A stretch of 58,860 nt of DNA, taken from NCBI GenBank assembly GCA_964647515.1, contig CAZYHI010000001.1, positions 1 to 58,860 on the forward strand, in the 5' to 3' direction. The stretch is from an uncultured Micavibrio sp. (GTDB taxonomy: Bacteria; Pseudomonadota; Alphaproteobacteria; Micavibrionales; Micavibrionaceae). Shown piece after piece: positions 27,031 through 35,276 of this stretch. Below the pieces are notes generated by a model. The model worked only from the letters and a program-made list of their open reading frames with translations, had not been told where the DNA came from and did no database searches. Position numbers and translations under genes: made by a program. Positions within the stretch are counted from its first letter, which is position 1, and each line of letters starts with the position of its first letter.

Positions 27031-27494
27031 TAAAGATCAGTATCATTCGAATGAATAACCGCTTCTTCCAACCATGATTCATTTGCCTTTAAATCAAAAG
27101 TTTTTTTTGGCACAACAATATTTTTTCGAATTAAAATAGGTTCTAAACGGTTTAACGCCTCGCCCCATAATTTATCAGCACGCATTTCTTTAACGCGGCG
27201 TGGGTCTGGTGCCATCTGCCGACGGCCATAATGGCGTAACACCAAAATATGATCCCACAGCAACATGCGGTTGCGATATAAACCATTCAAGATTTTCAAA
27301 ATATCATTGGGTTCGCACGGCCTAGATAAAGATGACATCCCCGCAACATATCTCGCACCATCGACTTTGGCTTGCTGTGCCAAAACAAACCAGAACCATG
27401 CCTCTTCCACCGTATCAAAAGGTATCGTGTTTGGGTCTGTAGATTCCTGATTGCCACCCGTCCCCACCTTGTCGTCGCTACTCTTTTTTTTCAT
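27030..27494 (-). CDS. hypothetical protein, first gene of the phage-like operon (possible DNA-binding/regulatory or small terminase role)
   Basis: 154 aa with EEAWFWFVLAQQAKVDGARY, RPCEPNDILKILNGLYRNR and VLRHYG motifs that I recall from alphaproteobacterial phage/element proteins of unknown function. Confidence 0.45.
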   Translation of the reverse strand: MKKKSSDDKVGTGGNQESTDPNTIPFDTVEEAWFWFVLAQQAKVDGARYVAGMSSLSRPCEPNDILKILNGLYRNRMLLWDHILVLRHYGRRQMAPDPRRVKEMRADKLWGEALNRLEPILIRKNIVVPKKTFDLKANESWLEEAVIHSNDTDL

Positions 27495-27517
27495 CGCATT
27501 TCCCTTTAGATACAGTT

Positions 27518-27532
27518 GTTCCGTTTATGTTC
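27518..27532 (-). promoter_or_regulatory. alphaproteobacterial-type LexA (SOS) box GAAC-N7-GAAC
   Basis: The plus strand reads gttccgtttatgttc, which is GAACATAAACGGAAC on the minus strand. It lies 2 nt downstream of a TATGTA -10 (27535-27540) with a TTGACA -35 (27559-27564), and 24 nt upstream of ATG 27494. Confidence 0.5.
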
Positions 27533-27682
27533 ACTACATAATAGGATTATATTCATTTTGTCAAGTAAATAATATGCTTTTTTTCCTATTTATTTAATTT
27601 GCACTTTTGGGAGTTTAATCCTACACTTGTCTGAGATTCAAAAATCACTGTAAAAACAACGCGCTAACAAGAAAGTTTTTCT

Positions 27683-28330
27683 ATGCTGACACATGAACAA
27701 ATTTGGCAAGCCATTGACCGTTTAGCAAAAACATTTGGTTACAGTCCTTCTGGCTTGGCCAAACAAGCCGGTTTAGACGCGACATCATTCAATAAAAGTA
27801 AACGCATCAGTCCCGATGGCAAACCAAGATGGCCATCCACCGAAAGCGTTTCAAGAGTGTTGGCGGCCACGGGCGCAACAATGAGTGATTTCGTCGCCAT
27901 GGTTGACGATTTTGATTCACCCCATAGTAAACAAACCGCCACCATTCCCGTTATTGGATTTGCACAAGCAAGTAAACAAGGATTCTTTGATGAAGAAGGT
28001 TGCCCACAAGGCGACCGTTGGAATGAAATACAATTCCCTGATTATAACGCAAGCAACAACGATGGGTATTACGCCTTGGAAATCAGTGACGATTCAATGC
28101 ATCCCCTTTATCGTAACGGTGATGTGTTGGTCGTATCACCCAAAGCACAATTGCGTAACGGTGATCGTATTGTTCTGAAAACAACCGCTGGTGACGTCAT
28201 GACAAAAGAGCTTATCAAACAAAACGCCACGCGCGTTGAAATAAAACCCTTCAACCCCAAACATAAGAACGAAGAAATATCTATGAAGGATATTGCATGG
28301 ATGGGACGTATTATCTGGGTTTCTCAATAA
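27683..28330 (+). CDS. HTH (XRE-like) / S24 peptidase family transcriptional regulator
   Basis: 215 aa. The N-terminal GYSPSGLAKQAGLDATSFNKSKR is HTH-like. The C-terminal LEISDDSMHPLYRNGDVLVV and MTKELIK fit an S24 Ser/Lys dyad context. Confidence 0.85.
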   Translation: MLTHEQIWQAIDRLAKTFGYSPSGLAKQAGLDATSFNKSKRISPDGKPRWPSTESVSRVLAATGATMSDFVAMVDDFDSPHSKQTATIPVIGFAQASKQGFFDEEGCPQGDRWNEIQFPDYNASNNDGYYALEISDDSMHPLYRNGDVLVVSPKAQLRNGDRIVLKTTAGDVMTKELIKQNATRVEIKPFNPKHKNEEISMKDIAWMGRIIWVSQ

Positions 28331-28353
28331 ACGTCAAAAAAGGAGAAGATAAA

Positions 28354-29007
28354 ATGGATAAAGAAACTTCACAAAAGATCGCAAAGATATTGCTTGAGAC
28401 ACAAAGCATTATGATTAACACCAAAGAACCCTTCACTTATACCTCGGGTAAAATTGGCCCGACATATTGTGATATGCGCCGTCTTATTTCGCTTCCCGAA
28501 GCGCGTAAAACCATTATGGATGATGCGGCGAATCTTATTCGCCCTCTCAATATGGACCATTTGGCTGGTGGTGAAACAGCAGGTATCCCTTACGCTGCCT
28601 TCTTGGCAGAGCGTTTAGGCAATTCCATGTTATATGTCCGAAAAAAACCAAAAGGCCATGGCCGCATGGCGCAAATTGAAGGACATATCAAAGAAGATAA
28701 CGCAGATATTATGCTGATCGAAGATCTTATGACTGTCGGGACATCTCAAAAGATTTTTGTCAATGCCATTCGCGAAGCGGGGCATACAATCAAACATTCT
28801 TTCGTTATTTTTTCTTACGATATTTACCCACAAAGCCAAGAAAATTTAAAAGAGATGGATATCACGTGCCATGCCCTTACAAATTGGTGGGCGGTTCTGG
28901 ATGTCGTTAAAAATGAAAATTATTTTGATACGGCAACTGTTGCATCCTTAGAAGAATTTTTAAATGCGCCCAATGAATGGGAAGATAATTTTAAAAAGAA
29001 AGCATAA
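28354..29007 (+). CDS. pyrE: orotate phosphoribosyltransferase
   Basis: The ATG at 28354 with RBS AGGAG is preferred over 28297, which overlaps the upstream gene. FTYTSGKIGPTYCDMR and the PRPP motif IMLIEDLMTVGTS are present. Confidence 0.9.
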   Translation: MDKETSQKIAKILLETQSIMINTKEPFTYTSGKIGPTYCDMRRLISLPEARKTIMDDAANLIRPLNMDHLAGGETAGIPYAAFLAERLGNSMLYVRKKPKGHGRMAQIEGHIKEDNADIMLIEDLMTVGTSQKIFVNAIREAGHTIKHSFVIFSYDIYPQSQENLKEMDITCHALTNWWAVLDVVKNENYFDTATVASLEEFLNAPNEWEDNFKKKA

Positions 29008-29015
29008 CAAGATCC

Positions 29016-29789
29016 ATGACCGCGCCTTTTCCTAAACTAACATTTTATGCCGCCGATACAAAAGCGGCTAAAAAGATACATGATGATCTTCTGAAAGATC
29101 ATGAAGATGTTGGCATAGATAATGCGGATATCATCGTTGCCATTGGTGGTGATGGCACAATGTTAGAATGTCTGCATAAGGTGCGTGATAAAAACCTATC
29201 CGTTTACGGGATTAATTGCGGCTCGGTCGGTTTTCTTTTAAACCCCTATCGCCCGCAAGAATTTAACGATCACATTCAAAATGCCCATAAAGTCAGCATC
29301 TATCCTTTAGTGATGAACGCCACTGATATTCATGGTAAAGATTACGAGGTAACGGCCTTTAATGAAGTCTCTCTTTTGCGTCAAACACGTCAGGCAGCAA
29401 AGCTAAAAATTTCTATTGATGATGTTGAACGTATTTCTGAGCTTGTTTGCGATGGTGTTTTATTATCAACCCCTGCGGGCAGTACCGCTTACAACCTATC
29501 CGCGCATGGCCCTATTATTCCGCTATCAGGTAATGTTTTGGCCCTAACCCCTATCAGTGCCTTTCGCCCACGGCGTTGGCGCGGGGCATTGCTACCCTGT
29601 CAGTCCGTCGTCACCATAGATATCATTAACCCAGATAAGCGTCCGGTCAGTGCCACCGGCGATTCAAAAGAAATCCGCGATATAAAAACATTGCAGATTA
29701 AACAATCAGATCAATATAAATGTACTCTTTTGTTTGATCTTGACCAGCATTTGGAAGAACGTATCTTAAGAGAACAATTTGAGGTTTAA
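29016..29789 (+). CDS. nadK: NAD kinase
   Basis: GGDGTML and LLSTPAGSTAYNLSAHGPI motifs. Confidence 0.92.
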   Translation: MTAPFPKLTFYAADTKAAKKIHDDLLKDHEDVGIDNADIIVAIGGDGTMLECLHKVRDKNLSVYGINCGSVGFLLNPYRPQEFNDHIQNAHKVSIYPLVMNATDIHGKDYEVTAFNEVSLLRQTRQAAKLKISIDDVERISELVCDGVLLSTPAGSTAYNLSAHGPIIPLSGNVLALTPISAFRPRRWRGALLPCQSVVTIDIINPDKRPVSATGDSKEIRDIKTLQIKQSDQYKCTLLFDLDQHLEERILREQFEV

Positions 29790-29798
29790 ATAAAATCT

Positions 29799-30635
29799 CT
29801 ACCGCTTCGGAGATTTTTTGACTGAGCGTAAGCGGCGTTTTTTCGCGAGTTCATTCTCAATCTCATCAAGCCCTTCGGCGGCGGCCTCATTAATATTTCC
29901 GTCATGAATAATACCACTTTGCGGAATCAACCCTAAACGCTTGGCGATATCCTGATATTGTTCGACCAGCCGTGAGACATCTTCATCTTTCGCCACAGGC
30001 TTATTTGTTTCGGCATCTAACAGAGAGCAATTATCTGGTGAAATTTCATCAGCCAACATAATATAAAGATCATCATTATCACCCCATAACCGTCCGAACT
30101 CCAATTTAAAATCAGTCAGGCGCAGGCCAATCGCTGTAAACATCCCCATTAAAAAGTCATTAATACGTAACGATTGAAAAACCATTTCTTCCAACTCATA
30201 CGGATCAGCCCAATGAAATGTCAAAATATGTTGTTCACTGACCAAGGGATTATTTAATTTTTCATTCTTATAATAAAGTTCGACCAAAGGTTGTTGAAAA
30301 AAATGCCCTTCTTTCACGCCCAGCCTGTCACAAATCTCCCCTGCGGCAGCATTACGCAGAACAATCTGTAAGGGGATAATCTCAACTTTACGCACCAATT
30401 GTTCACGCATATTAAGTGAACGCATAAAATGTGTTGGTACCCCAATCGCTTCTAACCTTGTCATAATGTGGGCTGAGATACGATTATTCAACACGCCCTT
30501 ACCCGCAATCATCGCCTCGCTCTGATGGTCAGGTACGCGCCCATCATCCTTAAAGTACTGAATTAAAGTACCGGGCTCTGGCCCCTCATAGATTGTCTTA
30601 GCTTTACCTTCATAAAGCGGCTTCCCTCTATTCAT
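29799..30635 (-). CDS. purC: phosphoribosylaminoimidazole-succinocarboxamide synthase
   Basis: N-terminal LYEGKAKTIYEG and collinear SAICAR synthase motifs. It has a ~30-aa basic C-terminal extension. Confidence 0.92.
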   Translation of the reverse strand: MNRGKPLYEGKAKTIYEGPEPGTLIQYFKDDGRVPDHQSEAMIAGKGVLNNRISAHIMTRLEAIGVPTHFMRSLNMREQLVRKVEIIPLQIVLRNAAAGEICDRLGVKEGHFFQQPLVELYYKNEKLNNPLVSEQHILTFHWADPYELEEMVFQSLRINDFLMGMFTAIGLRLTDFKLEFGRLWGDNDDLYIMLADEISPDNCSLLDAETNKPVAKDEDVSRLVEQYQDIAKRLGLIPQSGIIHDGNINEAAAEGLDEIENELAKKRRLRSVKKSPKR

Positions 30636-30742
30636 CGAATATCCTTACTTCTTGCTAATATTATCTATATAACCATGGATTCTATGAGTTTCAAATGTTA
30701 GTTTATAAATTCATAATTTTTAAATGAAGGAATACAAAACCA

Positions 30743-31069
30743 ATGAATAACTTTGACGATCGTAAAAACGTTTTTGAAAATAAATTTGCCCTTGATGAAT
30801 CCCTGATGTTTAAGGCAGAGGCACGGTGCTGCAAGCTTTTGGGTATATGGTTAGCCGAAAAGATGGGATTATCCGAAGAAGCGACTAACACGTTGGCAGG
30901 CAACATTATCGCCGCAAATTTGGAAGAGCCTGGTTTTGATGATGTCAAACGTCACGTTATGCCGATCATTGCAGAAAAAGGCCTCAACGTTAGTGAAGAA
31001 GAAATTGACGAAAAACTCGCTGAATTATTTGTTGCCGCTCAAGAACAAATAAAATCAGAAGCGGAATAA
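30743..31069 (+). CDS. DUF1476 / F1-ATPase inhibitor zeta-subunit-like protein
   Basis: 108 aa. The N-terminus FDDRKNVFENKFALDESLMFKAEAR is typical of the alphaproteobacterial DUF1476 family, which usually sits divergent from purC. Confidence 0.75.
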   Translation: MNNFDDRKNVFENKFALDESLMFKAEARCCKLLGIWLAEKMGLSEEATNTLAGNIIAANLEEPGFDDVKRHVMPIIAEKGLNVSEEEIDEKLAELFVAAQEQIKSEAE

Positions 31070-31114
31070 ACGACATAGGTTGTTTACAACCCTGAACAAG
31101 AAAGCTTTTAAACC

Positions 31115-31348
31115 ATGGCTATGGATGCAGACCATATTCAAAAGTTGATAGAAACTGCGCTTCCCGAAGCGCAAGTGACTATTTCTGATTTACGTGGCGA
31201 TGGCGATCATTATGCCGCGCATATTGTATCATCAGCCTTTGAAGGTAAATCCCGGGTTCAACAACATCAAATGGTGTATAAAGCCCTGCAAGGAAAAATG
31301 GGAAACGAACTACACGCCCTTGCCATACAAACATCAGTGCCTGAATAA
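31115..31348 (+). CDS. BolA family protein
   Basis: 77 aa. GDGDHYAAHIVSSAFEGKSRVQQHQMVY..ELHALAI is the BolA signature. Confidence 0.85.
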   Translation: MAMDADHIQKLIETALPEAQVTISDLRGDGDHYAAHIVSSAFEGKSRVQQHQMVYKALQGKMGNELHALAIQTSVPE

Positions 31349-31371
31349 AAAATCAAATGGAGACCACTACA

Positions 31372-31710
31372 ATGGAAAATGCAATTTTTGACCAAATAAA
31401 AGAAGAAGTAACCACAAATGATATTGTTGTTTATATGAAAGGAAGCGCCACATTTCCACAATGTGGTTTTTCCGCCGCCGTTGCACAAATCATGAGCGAG
31501 CTGGGCGTGTCCTATAAAGATGTGAACGTCTTAGAAGATAACATCATCCGACAAGGCATTAAAGATTACACGGAATGGCCAACGATTCCACAAGTCTATG
31601 TGAAAGGTGAATTTATTGGCGGTTGTGATATCATTCGTGAAATGTTTGAGACGGGTGAACTCAAACAACTGCTTACCGATAAAAACATTTCAATGGCAAG
31701 TGCGGCTTAA
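31372..31710 (+). CDS. grxD: monothiol glutaredoxin (Grx4 family)
   Basis: CGFS active site in MKGSATFPQCGFS, plus WPTIPQVYVKGEFIGGCDI. The ATG at 31372 has a GGAGA RBS; an alternative upstream ATG lies at 31357. Confidence 0.9.
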   Translation: MENAIFDQIKEEVTTNDIVVYMKGSATFPQCGFSAAVAQIMSELGVSYKDVNVLEDNIIRQGIKDYTEWPTIPQVYVKGEFIGGCDIIREMFETGELKQLLTDKNISMASAA

Positions 31711-31722
31711 GACACATAAAAA

Positions 31723-32856
31723 TCACTGCATCCGTGGTAATTTACTATTGCGATGGATATTACATGATAGTATCAAACCAAACCCCACAAGTGCGGCCAG
31801 CATTGATGTCCCTCCATAGGACACAAGTGGTAATGGCGCACCAACCACGGGGATCAACCCCATCACCATCGAAATATTAATAAAAATATAGAGTGAGAAA
31901 TTGACAATCAAACCAACAGCCAATAACCGTCCAAAAGCATGGCGACAATTCAGCGCAATAATAATCCCGTAAATAAAAATCAACGCCATCAAAACTAATA
32001 AAAACAAACCACCAACCAAACCCCATTCTTCAACCCAAAGAGTAAAAATAAAATCCGTTTGTTTTTCAGGTAAGAAATTCAAACGACTTTGCGTACCTTC
32101 TAAAAACCCCTTTCCTTCAACGCCGCCTGACCCAATCGCAATTTTTGATTGTGTGATGTGATAACCCGAACCCAAGGGATCAGATTCTGGATCAAGAAAT
32201 GTTTTAACGCGCTGTTTTTGGTAATCATGCATAAAATACCACGCCACAGGAATACAAGCCAGCGTCCCCGCTCCGCCCAACAAAAACATCCATATCGGCG
32301 CGCCAGCAATAAACAACATGGTAATCCCTGCCATCACAATCATAAGCGATGTCCCTAAATCTGGTTGTAATAAAACCAACCCCACAGGCAACGCGATAAA
32401 AACAAGGGAAGGAATCAAGAATCGTAAACTACGCATTTCTTCTTTACTCGCGGCGTGAAAGTACCGCGCCATCGCCATCACAACGGCAATCTTCATAAAT
32501 TCCGATGGTTGTAACTGAATAAAACCTAAGTTAATCCAACGCTGCGCACCCATACCTGTATGCCCCCTCACCTCTACAATAATCAAAAGGATGAACCCTA
32601 ATATAAAAATAGGATAAGCCAAGCGATACCATATCTTCACATCAATTAAGGCAATAATAAAAAGCCCAACGAGACCCACTGCAAAACGAACCATTTGTTT
32701 AGAAGCCCATGGATCAAAATCTCCACCTGCCGCCGAATATAGTGCGGTAAAACCAACACATGCCAATAAACAAACAAGTAAAATCAATCCCCAGCTCATA
32801 GCTTGGAATTTTTGTAAAATTGTTTGCTCGGTCTCTAACTTAACAGTATCAAACAT
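31723..32856 (-). CDS. mrdB: rod shape-determining protein RodA (SEDS family)
   Basis: 377-aa polytopic protein with QPSEFMK and PEKQTDFIF motifs of FtsW/RodA. It overlaps the mrdA stop by 8 nt. Confidence 0.93.
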   Translation of the reverse strand: MFDTVKLETEQTILQKFQAMSWGLILLVCLLACVGFTALYSAAGGDFDPWASKQMVRFAVGLVGLFIIALIDVKIWYRLAYPIFILGFILLIIVEVRGHTGMGAQRWINLGFIQLQPSEFMKIAVVMAMARYFHAASKEEMRSLRFLIPSLVFIALPVGLVLLQPDLGTSLMIVMAGITMLFIAGAPIWMFLLGGAGTLACIPVAWYFMHDYQKQRVKTFLDPESDPLGSGYHITQSKIAIGSGGVEGKGFLEGTQSRLNFLPEKQTDFIFTLWVEEWGLVGGLFLLVLMALIFIYGIIIALNCRHAFGRLLAVGLIVNFSLYIFINISMVMGLIPVVGAPLPLVSYGGTSMLAALVGFGLILSCNIHRNSKLPRMQ

Positions 32857-34717
32857 GGCGTTTTGGCTTCTCTATAACATTTGATAATTTTATATCGGAT
32901 GCGCCAGGGTCTCTTCTTTGAACCTCAGACAATAAATCTTTCGCCACAGGTGCAGCAACAGAAGATCCACCACCTCCATGCTCAATAACAACAGACACAA
33001 CATAGCGTGGGTTGTGAACAGGGGCATAACCGACAAATAACGCATGATGACGATATTTCCATGCTAAATCATCATTCAAAATACCTTGCGCATATTGCTT
33101 ACGGTTGATTTTTTTAACCTGTGCGGTTCCTGTCTTACCGCCCATTTCCATACCAACATCTTCAATACGTGCCCCATAGGCCGTGCCATCTTTATGATTC
33201 ACAACGCGGTCCATACCATTTTTAATGATATCAAGATGCGTTTGCTTCACACCGATAGAAGGCCATTTATCAGGATACATTTTTTTATTTTCTAAATAAC
33301 CAACAATCCATGGATCTACCGCTTTACCACCATTTACCAAGCGCGAGGTCATAACCGCCAATTGTAACGGCGTTGTCAAAAGGTAACCTTGCCCAATACT
33401 TGATACAATCGTTTCCCCGGGACGCCAATCTTTTTTAAAATTCTTTTTCAACCATGGCTTTGTTGGAATCAATCCAGCACGTTCTTCTTTCAAGTCAAAA
33501 TTATATTTTTGACCCAAACCAAACCGATGCGCCATATCGGCAATGTTATCAATTCCAACTTCGGTGGATGTCTCATAAAACCATGTATCACAAGAACGCA
33601 TAAGGGCGTCCGTCACATTCATTGTGCCATGACCACTTAACTTCCAACAATGAAATTTATCCTTACCATACTCATAACGCCCCTTACATTTAACCGAGCT
33701 ATGCGGCGTGACATATCCATTTTCCAACGCGGCCAAAGCTGTAATCATCTTAAACGTTGATCCAGGGGGATACTGCCCGCCAACAGCTTTATTATTAAAA
33801 GGAAAAGCGGGATTATTGGCGAGCTCTTGATAATTATCATGGCTAATACCGCCCACGAACAAATTTGGATCAAAACTAGGGTGTGACACCATCGCATAAA
33901 CCGCCCCTGTTTGGGCGTCCATAATCACCGCAGAGGCACTTTTATGCTCAGCCAATCTTTGCTGACAATAACGCTGCAACTCCGCATCGATACTCAAAGA
34001 TATGCGTTTCCCGTCATTGCTTTGATCTTCTTCTAACTTACGAACCTCGCGCCCTTTGACATTAACTTCCATCTGTTTATTGCCTGCGCGACCGCGCAAT
34101 ACTTTATCGAATGATCTTTCTAAACCTGTTTTTCCAATTTTCAAATCAGGAAGCGTCAATACAGGATCACCATTTAAATCCTCCTTACTCACCCGCCCGA
34201 CATAACCAACCAAATGCCCCGTGGGCTCACCAAAAGGATAACTTCTTAACTCCCCTTCATTAATACTCATCCCTGGAAGGTCGGAAAGGTTCACTTCAAT
34301 TTTTGCAACCTCATCCCAATCTAAATTATCAACCACCTTTAACGGAACAAAAGAGGATGATTTTTTAGATTCTTTTAAAACACGTTTGACATCACGGTCA
34401 TTCAAATCAATTAAACTACTGAGCTTTTGTAAAGATTCCTCTAACTCATCCGTTTGTTCAGGAACCACAAGAATTCTAAAATTTTGATTATTCACAGCCA
34501 ATGGCACGCCAAAGCGATCAACAATACCACCACGTGACGGTGCAATCATTTTAATGTTAATTCTATTTTTATCCGAAAGCGTTTTATAACGTCCGCCTTC
34601 AGCCAATTGAAGCCATGCCAAACGCCCCCCCAAAACGGCAAGTGCCATCCCTTGAAAAGCCCCAACAACAAAAGTGCGGCGGGTAAAGCTTTTTGAACGT
34701 TCATCGTTATTATTCAT
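32849..34717 (-). CDS. mrdA: penicillin-binding protein 2
   Basis: 622 aa with the SxxK motif PGSTFKM, plus SSIGQG and KTGTAQ. The mreBCD-mrdA-rodA context fits. Confidence 0.93.
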   Translation of the reverse strand: MNNNDERSKSFTRRTFVVGAFQGMALAVLGGRLAWLQLAEGGRYKTLSDKNRINIKMIAPSRGGIVDRFGVPLAVNNQNFRILVVPEQTDELEESLQKLSSLIDLNDRDVKRVLKESKKSSSFVPLKVVDNLDWDEVAKIEVNLSDLPGMSINEGELRSYPFGEPTGHLVGYVGRVSKEDLNGDPVLTLPDLKIGKTGLERSFDKVLRGRAGNKQMEVNVKGREVRKLEEDQSNDGKRISLSIDAELQRYCQQRLAEHKSASAVIMDAQTGAVYAMVSHPSFDPNLFVGGISHDNYQELANNPAFPFNNKAVGGQYPPGSTFKMITALAALENGYVTPHSSVKCKGRYEYGKDKFHCWKLSGHGTMNVTDALMRSCDTWFYETSTEVGIDNIADMAHRFGLGQKYNFDLKEERAGLIPTKPWLKKNFKKDWRPGETIVSSIGQGYLLTTPLQLAVMTSRLVNGGKAVDPWIVGYLENKKMYPDKWPSIGVKQTHLDIIKNGMDRVVNHKDGTAYGARIEDVGMEMGGKTGTAQVKKINRKQYAQGILNDDLAWKYRHHALFVGYAPVHNPRYVVSVVIEHGGGGSSVAAPVAKDLLSEVQRRDPGASDIKLSNVIEKPKRHV

Positions 34718-34729
34718 CGTAGGGTCTGC

Positions 34730-35263
34730 TTACACAAAATGTGATTGGGTTACAGGCGGTAAAATACGATAAATCATATGAAATAACAATGTCACTAATG
34801 GGTATGACAAAATACTAACCAAACTGCCCCATAGAACCAGTTCATAATCAAACATGATGTTAGACACCAAACTAAAGAACCCCCACTCCAGCGCCAAAAC
34901 ACTAAAACAAGTAAAAGCAAACCCTATCCAAGCAATAAAATAAGGTTGCCCCAGAAAAAACAAGCGTTGGTCACGAATAATCCACTGTAGAGCAACGAAA
35001 ATAAGCGCATGCAGCCCCACAGGATAATTCAAAATAAAATCGAAGAGCAATCCCAATGCAAAAACATAGGCAGGTGACATTAATGTTGGTCGATATATCG
35101 ACCAGAAATAAAGTGCCATCACAATAAAATATGGACGCACCACATCTGGTGATGAGACAGAATAACTAATGACTCCCAAAAGAAATAAAATAAAAATAAA
35201 ACCATGTGCTAAAGCAAGGCGGCTATATGTTCGTATATTTTCAAAAGAAAAAAAATCTATCAT
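34730..35263 (-). CDS. mreD: rod shape-determining protein MreD
   Basis: 177-aa polytopic membrane protein between mreC and mrdA. Confidence 0.8.
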   Translation of the reverse strand: MIDFFSFENIRTYSRLALAHGFIFILFLLGVISYSVSSPDVVRPYFIVMALYFWSIYRPTLMSPAYVFALGLLFDFILNYPVGLHALIFVALQWIIRDQRLFFLGQPYFIAWIGFAFTCFSVLALEWGFFSLVSNIMFDYELVLWGSLVSILSYPLVTLLFHMIYRILPPVTQSHFV

Positions 35264-35276
35264 GTCCTATAAGCCT

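Larger units (their letters stand above)
11259..27494 (-). mobile_element. podovirus-like head/tail/packaging/lysis gene cluster without integration or replication modules (cryptic prophage or GTA-like element)
   Basis: Contiguous minus-strand operon-like array covering portal, scaffold, capsid, adaptor, nozzle, tail fibre, TerL, muramidase and holin-like genes. No integrase, polymerase, primase or tRNA was seen, and both flanks are core genes. Confidence 0.7.

Noticed and set aside
27683-28330. The S24/HTH protein being the canonical LexA itself
   Set aside because: The N-terminal domain (GYSPSGLAKQAGLDATSFNKSKR...) is XRE/CI-like rather than the LexA winged helix. I see no Ala-Gly cleavage site in the linker, and the length (215 aa) is shorter than alphaproteobacterial LexA. 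It is more likely a CI-like or accessory S24 regulator, but that is not proven.
28297-28353. Upstream ATG (28297) as the pyrE start
   Set aside because: It would overlap the S24 regulator gene by 34 nt and add 19 non-conserved residues. ATG 28354 has an AGGAG RBS and gives the usual PyrE N-terminus.
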